Positions 55,411 to 64,000 of a stretch of 64,000 nt of DNA are shown here, piece after piece. The translations under genes and the position numbers were made by a program. The stretch is taken from the NCBI RefSeq assembly GCF_009914755.1, contig NC_060929.1, one strand, 5' to 3'. Position 1 is the stretch's first letter, and every line of letters begins with the position of its first letter. The DNA comes from the human T2T-CHM13v2.0 reference genome, Homo sapiens. The notes below the pieces were generated by a model, which searched no databases, had not been told where the DNA came from, and worked only from the letters and a program-made list of their open reading frames with translations.

Positions 55411-57444
55411 GCTAATCAAAGGTCAGCTTAAATAAAAATGAATAATTATTTCTTACTATATTAGAGATTAATTCTTCCAATAATCTGAACCCTACTCTAG
55501 CTATCTCTCTTATCCTTGTACAGAGCAGAAAATACCTATTTTTCATTTTTCTTATGTTTCTTCCACAAATGCCATTTGTCAATGATGTTATTCATTGTGA
55601 AGTGACTAAAAGGCAGGGGATCGTCCAATGAAAATACTACCCTGAATATCCTTGACTTATCACTTGTTTTAAAAAATGAACTGTAGCAAATTTTAAAGGA
55701 GTGAAAATAGCAAAAGTGGTGAAAAAGATTAGAAACTCTAAGAATCAAGAATGAGACTATAAATCATATGAGAAAGATCAAATTGCTAAAATGTGTCATT
55801 TGTTTTCCCAAAAGACTACATATTTAAGAAAAAGTGCCTTGTAATAGAACTGACAAAGAGGGAGGCTACATTCATGTAATAGCATTTAGAAAAAATGGTT
55901 AAAAACAGCACTGAGGGTGGAATAGCAAAGAATAGGATAAGAGAGATGAAAACATTACTGCATCTTCTGTCTTATCTATTCCCCTTACTTCTGCCTGTGA
56001 ATGACTCTGATTCAAGTGTTTCTTATACATCAACCCTGCCCACACTCCTCTTTACTTGATCTTAGTGTTTAGAAGTATTTTTGCGGGGGCAGGGGCAAAA
56101 AGTAATCAAAGTATGCTACTGAATTAGCAGCCAAAATCCTGATGTTTACTTTGGCAGATGTATATTATTTTGAAGCTATATGTCATTTTATGCAGTAGAT
56201 GTCTTAAGTTATATGGGAATATAATTTCTGTTAATGAAATCTATTTTTAAATGAAGACATGGGTTATTTACCTTTTCAATGAATCCCTTAATAAAGTGAA
56301 TAATTTTCTGGTAAAGCAAATAATCATTCTTCAAATGATATCACACACACACATGCATACACACATACTAATCAGATTTTCCAGAGATAAGGTTTACTGG
56401 TAAACAGTAAAAAGACTGAAGAACAATCTGAGTTGTAGAGTAACTTATCACCAAAAAGATAATTTAAAAGAATTTCTTCATCTGCCATTCACTCTTATAA
56501 TTATTGTTAGTCACTTTATCTTACATGGTCCTAGACCAAAAGGTCATGGAATACAGGCATACCTTGAAGATATCGTGGGTTTGGTTACAGACCACCCCAA
56601 TGAAGTGAATAGTGTAATTAGGTGAATCACACTTTTTTTTGGTTTCACAGTGGATATAAAAGTTATGTTTACACTATGCTCCAGTCTACTAAGTGTGCAA
56701 AAGCATTATGTCTAAAAAGACATTGTAAGTACCTTAATTAAAACATGCTTTATTGCTAAAAATGCTAATAATCATCTGAGTTTTTAGCAAGTTGCAACTA
56801 TTTTGCTGGTGGAGGGTCTTGCCTCCACGTTGATGGCTGCTGACCGATCAGAGTGATGATTGCTAAAGATCAAGGTGGTTGTGGTAATTTCTTAAAATAA
56901 GACAATGATGTAGTTTGCTGCATTGATTGACCCTTCCTTTCCTGAAAGATTTCTCTGTAGCATGTAATGTTGTTTGACAGCATTTTACCCACAGTAGAAC
57001 TTCTTTCAAAATTAGTCAATCCTTTCAAACCTTGCCACTGTTTTATCAACTAAGTTTATGCAATATTCAAAATTCTTTGTTGTCATTTCAACAATGTTTA
57101 CAGCACCTTCACCAGGAATACATTCCATCTCAAGAAACCACATTCTTTGCTCATCCATAAGAAATAACTCCTCATCTCTTAATGTTTTATCATGAGATTG
57201 CAGCAATTCAGCCACATCTTCAGGCTCCACTTCTAATTCTGGTTCTTTTGCTATTTCTACCACATCTGCAGTTTACTTCCTTTACTGAATCTTGAATCCC
57301 TCAAAGACGTTCATCCATGAGTGCTGGAATCAACTTCTTCCAAACTCTTGTTCTTATTGATATTCTGACCTCCTCCCATGAATCACAAATGTTCTTAATA
57401 GAAGCTAGAATGGTGAATCTTTTCCAGAAGGCTCTCTCAATTGA

Positions 57445-57805
<361 letters not shown>

Positions 57806-58112
57806 ACAAAATGTATTTCTTAAATAATGAGACTTGAAAGTTGAAACTACTCCTTGGTCCATGGGCTGCAGAACGAATGTTGTGTTAGCAGGAATGAAAA
57901 CAACATGAATTTTCTTATACATCTCCATCAGAACTCTTGGGTAACCAAGTGTACTGTCAAGGAGTGATAATATTTTGAAAGAATTCTTTTTTTTTTCTGA
58001 GCAGTAGGTCTCAACAGTGGGCTTACAGTATTCACTAACCTATGCTGTAAACAAATGTGCTGTCATCCAGACTCTGTTGTTCCACTCATAGAGTGCAGGC
58101 ACAGTAGATGTA

Positions 58113-58413
<301 letters not shown>

Positions 58414-60728
58414 GATGCAGCATAATTTTTAAGGCCCTAGGATTTTTTAAAGTGGTAAATGAGTATTGGCTTCAACTTAAAGTCATCAGCTTCATTAGCC
58501 CCTAACAAGAGAGTTACCCTGTCCTTTGAAGCTTTGAAGCCAGGCATTGACTTATCCTCTCTAGCTGTGAAAGTCCTAGATGGCATCTTCTTCCAATAGA
58601 TGACTGTTTTATCTACATTGAAAATCTGTTATTTAGTGTAGCCACCTTCATCAATGGTCTTAGCTAGATCTTCTGGATAACTTGCTATATCTTATACAGC
58701 AGTACTTGCTGCTTCACCTTGCGCTTTTATGTTCTGGAGATGGCTTCTTTCCTTAAATCTCATGAACCAACCTCTTCTGAAGTTTCCAACTTTTCTTCTG
58801 CAGCTTCTTCATCTCTCTCAGCCTTCACAGAATTGAAGAAAGTTAGGGTCTTGGTCTGGATTAAGCTCTGGCCTAATGGAATGTTATGGCTTGTTTGATC
58901 TTCTATCCAGACTACTCAAACTTTCTGCAGATCAGCAATAAGATTGTTTTGCTTTCTTATCATTCATGTGTTCACTGGAGTAGCACTTTTAATTTCCTTC
59001 AAATACTTTTTCATTGCATTCACAACTTGGCTAACTGTTTTGCAAGAGGCCTAGCTTTCAGCCTGTCTTGGCTTTTGACACGCCTTCCTCACTAAGCTTA
59101 ATCATTTTGATCTTTAGATGGAAAGTGAGAGATGTGAGACTCTTCCTTTCACTTGAACACTTAGAGGCCATTGTAGGGTTATTAATTGGCCTAATTTCAA
59201 TATTGTGTCTCAAGGAATAGGGAGGCCTGAGGAGAGGGTAAGAGACGGCGGAATGGCCAATCCAACGAGTAGTCAGAGTATACACTACAATTATCAATTA
59301 ACTTTGCCATCTTCTATGGGCATGATTCTTAGTGCCCCAAAATAGTTATAATATTAACATCAAAGATCACATAATCATAACAGATATAAAAATAAAGAAA
59401 AGGTCTGAAATAGTGCAAGAATTGAAAAAAATGTGACATAGAGACACAAAGTAAGCACATGCTGATTTTTTTTTTGAAAGGGCGGTAACAGGCTTGCTTG
59501 ACACAGGGTTGCTGCAAATCTTCAATTTGTAAACAATGCAATATCTGCAAAGTGTGATAACGTGAAGCTCAATAAAACAAGGTATGCCTGTAATTTTAAC
59601 AATCTACACATAATTTACTTCCTAGGGTCTGGCTTAGAATAGGGAATATCAATTGTTCACCTTTGAATATGAAAGATCATCTTTTATATCTTTGTTCCAG
59701 GGAGAAAAAACCCAAACATGTGCCCCTACCCTCTCACCCTGCCCCCCACAAAATAATACATTTTTAAAGAAAAAGGTAATGAATAAACTTTGTAAATTAC
59801 TATGATAAAGGAGGCAGGAAACTAGAAAGATATGAAACACATTAATATTAACAGGATAATATGTCTATGATATTTCCAAAATGACAAGGCTTGATTTTAA
59901 AAATTGATCTTTAACAAGAAAAAGGAGTATGGGCAATTAGGAAGTAATGAAGACCCTGTCAATATAGCTATGTTGATAATAACAGGTAAGGGAATTCTTG
60001 AGAAAATCTAATATATAACAATCAGGAGATCTGTAATATGCGTTATTGAGTCCCATTGGGATTAACTAATGAACTTACGAGCTTACCAGCAGTTATTTTT
60101 AGAAAGCTATAAAGAATCAGAGAAATATCAGAACACTGAAAAATAATGTGCCTTCTAAAAAGAAATAAAATATAACTACTAAAATTCATTTAAAAATGAA
60201 TTCTAGAGCTTCTAAGAACAATATCCTTTTTGAAAAAATGAAATATACAGTTACTAATATTTGCACAAAGAAGGGCTTCTATTGGAAATCCTCCCAGTTA
60301 GAAGGGACAAGTATGAGCCGGCCACACTGGGAGTAGTGAATGGGGCGTGATGGGGTGTGCACGGAGATTGTGTAAGGAAAATGCCAAGTGCAGCTCAGAA
60401 AACATGTTACAATGCCTTGTTGAATTACCTGCATAAGATACAAGCAAGTTCTCTTTCCATTGCTAACACAGTTGCAAGCCCTTTAAAGTTGAGATTGTAT
60501 TGAGACTGTAAAGGCAAGAAGTCAAGTTTGACCAGAGATAATAGGCTAAAAGAAAGACACAAAATCAGCAGCAGACACTTTGCATCATTTGTGGCTTCTG
60601 GCACAACCTATCCTTTCCTCTAGCTCCTTTTCTGCCAAGTAACTCTCATCTGGCGAAGCGTGGGGGTGGTACAAGAGGGCGTAGTGGGGGCACAGTGGAA
60701 CTTGGGGCAGTTTAAGATTCAGGGAAGA

Positions 60729-60931
60729 CGGGTGCGGGGCCTTTTATCTCAGCACTTTGAGAGGCTGAGGTGGGGTGAATCTCCTGAACTCAGGAGTTGG
60801 AGGCCAGGCTGGGCAACATCACAAAATGCCCTCTCTACCAAAAATACAAAAAAATTAGCCAGGCGCGATGGCATGCACCTGTAGTCCCAACTACTTGGAG
60901 GCTGAGGTGAGAGAATCGTTTGAGCCCAGGG
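60729..60931 (+). mobile_element. AluJ-like element, 3'-truncated
   Basis: cagcactttgagaggctgagg...aaaatacaaaaaaattagcc...tgagcccagg. Confidence 0.85.
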
Positions 60932-60937
60932 AAATAA

Positions 60938-61384
<447 letters not shown>

Positions 61385-62084
61385 TAAAATATAGACAGCT
61401 GTTATAGAAATGTTTTGTTTGGTTTTAACTCTTGTCTTATCTCACATACTACTCTCACTGTTGCCACAAGGTCTTGCCTCCAGGGTTACACTGTTTCCCA
61501 TTAAAACTTCAGCTCAAGCCTGGGCAAAAGCCTCCCTTTCCAGTTTCCCTTTGTCATTTTCAAAAGTAACTTTACTAAAGGATTTTAAGTTAGCACAGAA
61601 GTAAACAAGGGAATCACAAGCAAAGAATCACAAAGTAGTTACTTCCCTAAGAACAAGTTTCTGATTCTAATAGTCCCAACACACTTAGCAAAGAGCTTTA
61701 CTGGGCCCCAAGTTGCTTCATTGTAAAATAACACTGTTGAAAAGGGCTGGTAGAACTTTACAGATATCTTGTCAGGCTTTTCCTCCCAGCTTCCCCTCAC
61801 TGCTTAGCTGGGTACCTATGGCTGCCAGTTTGAGAGACAAGACAGAGAGGGGGGAGGGGGATAGGGAGAGGGGGAGAGGGGAGGGGGGAGAGAGAAGCTA
61901 GCGCAGGGAAGAATGAGACAGAATGAATTGCAAAATGCTCTCCTTATTTCAAAGCAAAACAAAACAAATGTGAATTTACTAGTTCAAATATCCAAATCTG
62001 TGGCCCTCCTCCTTTCTCAATTGTGAATTCTATTATAAAGGATATATTGTGTGGAGAGAGAGTTTTCTCAGAATTCCTGTGATT

Positions 62085-62710
62085 GACTAATTCGTACATG
62101 CATTCATTGTATGCCAGGCACTGTTTCTTGGTACTGGGGGTGCAGTGGTGAGCAGAGAATATAAGGGCTCTGCACACTTGATAGGGGAAAATGACAACAA
62201 ATAAAAAGTAAACCAATGAACGTGCAAACTTCAGAGAGTTAGAAGTACTAAGAAGAAAACCCAATAGGGGATGTGAAGAGAATGAAGGGGAGGATGAGGT
62301 GGGAAGGAGAAAGAAGGCCATCGGTTTCAACTGGGTGAAGAACACTTTTGACTTGAGACCTGAGTGGCAACAAGGAGCCAGGTGAAAGTCTGTGGGCAGA
62401 GTGCTTTAGGCAGAGTTGTGGAAGAACAAGTGCCGGGGCTCTAAGGAGGAAAGAAGTTGTCATCGTTGAGGAACTCAAAGGGTTAGTGGGACTGGAACAT
62501 GGTGTGTGAGGGGAAAGTGGTGTCAGATGATTCAGGGAGATGTGCATTCTCCAGGCCATGTGAAATCTTGCAAGTCATACTGAAGGGTTTTATTCCAAGT
62601 TCATTGGAAGATCTGTTTACAGGGTTTTAATCAGGGGAGAAATATAAACGGACTAGCATTTTAAGAGTACACTGGCTGGTATGTAGAGAATGAGTTATGG
62701 GGAGTGAGAA
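62085..62710 (-). mobile_element. LINE-2 fragment (3' end)
   Basis: cattcattgtatgccaggcactgtt... matches the reverse complement of the L2 3' end; diverged. Confidence 0.7.
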
Positions 62711-63109
62711 GGATGAATTTAACCCTTCCTGACTGCACTTACCAATTCATCCTGCCTCTAGAGCATTCTCTGGGACTCTCCTTTACACGGCTCAGAGTAC
62801 AAAAATTCAGTTACTGCTAATTCACATATAAGGAATAAAATCAATCTGTAGCAATAGTAATATGAAGTAGGAGTTGAAAGAAAGCCTAGTAAAACAATAT
62901 TTGAAGGTAGTGAATTAAAAAATGGAGTTGAACTAGAAATAACATTTTGCTAACAATTCTGCTTCTGTCATATACTCTGATACCTCTGGTTTCTCAGCCC
63001 TTAGGACCGTTGTGTGTGGTGGTAAGGTATTGGGATGGGGAATACACTGTCATAATATTCCATTTCTGCAATCAGTCCAGAGGTGACTGGTGGGCCTACC
63101 CTCCAGGCA

Positions 63110-63700
63110 GGCTCTTCTACTGAGTTCTTCACTTCTACAGATGGTCACAGCATTCTCTTAGCTACTCTACCTCACAGCCTGAGTCATCTTTGATTTTTCT
63201 CTCTCATTTGCTGCCTCCTGATCCAATCAGTTAATAAATTCTGACAATTAAACCTCATGAAAGTTTTTTTCTTCCTTTCCATTCCCTCTGCAATCCACAG
63301 TGATCTAGATTTAATGGTAGATCATTTAGAGTTCAGAAATCCCTCCTAACTGATTTTACTTTCAGTCTTCAGTCTCTCCCCTTTGATCTTGTGTCCTGCT
63401 ACCAAGTGAAAAATTCTAAGGTGTCATTTGTGTCACATACCTCTTCCTATGCTTCAAAATATCCAATGGCTCCTCATTATATAAAATTAGGTAGAAATTC
63501 CTTAATTAGGCTTAAGGCCTTCTATTCTCTGGCTCCAGCCTCCTTTTCTAGGTTTATCATAACCTCAACTCTGCTTGTATAAGTATCCCCTATCCTGTCA
63601 GGTCCAGTTCCATTGACATTCCTTAAGCCTTTTCAAATTCTTTATTAAACATCTACTCAACATATTCTGTCTTACATTTCTGTATTAGCTTATGTGTCTT
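63110..63700 (+). mobile_element. LINE-2 fragment
   Basis: gagtcatctttgattt...atccaatcag...cctcctaactg...ccaatggctcctcatt... resembles L2. Confidence 0.65.
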
Positions 63701-63887
63701 TAAAATTATATAGCAATGCCCAGGCCCACACTGACAAAAGCAAATCGCAAGGAATACATACCTGTGTTTCTTTCGATTCTAAAATCCAGTCAGAGATGAG
63801 ATTACTATAATAAAGTTTTTGAAGGTAGGGGTCAGACTTTACTCATCTTCAACATAGATTGACAAATCTACCCTGTCTATATATATC

Positions 63888-64000
63888 TGAGACAAGGTAT
63901 TGGTCTGTCACCCAGGCTGGAGTACAGGGGTGCAATCATGGCTCACTGCAGCCTCTGCCTCCAAGGCTCAAGAAATCATCTTACCTCAGCCTCCCGAGTA
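63888..64000 (-). mobile_element. AluJ-like element cut off by the window end
   Basis: tgagacaagg...cacccaggctggagtacag...gctcactgcagcc...cctcagcctcccgagta. Confidence 0.85.

Noticed and set aside
62085-63700. Inverted L2 pair as a dsRNA or miRNA source
   Set aside because: The copies are ancient and too diverged, by eye, for extended pairing.

Overview
Human (primate) genomic DNA that I recognise as the NR2F1 (COUP-TFI) locus on 5q15. It holds the complete 3-exon NR2F1 gene on the + strand (CDS 15087-15549, 17979-18506, 23624-23904; 1272 nt, 423 aa) with a ~1.8 kb 5'UTR. Also present are the likely divergent 5' end of the lncRNA NR2F1-AS1 (- strand, ~11.4 kb) and the convergent last exon and 3'UTR of FAM172A/ARB2A (- strand, C-terminus ...RIKHEEL), which hosts MIR2277. 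The first ~54 kb is a chain of CpG islands and AT-rich enhancer-like blocks with no recognisable Alu or L1. Transposons (MER20B-like, a full-length Tigger1 with two nested Alus, further Alus, L2) appear only in the last 10 kb. I found no convincing wholly new biological system. The best leads are regulatory: an intronic mini-exon giving a DBD-less NR2F1 isoform (MFGYSVQRGR...), COUP-TF-type elements at the TATA box and in intron 2 (possible autoregulation), a near-perfect REST RE1, a convergent CTCF motif pair, an RFX X-box cluster, five uORFs, paired CT tracts and a GC-AG lncRNA exon. Gene and repeat names come from recall, not from a database search.
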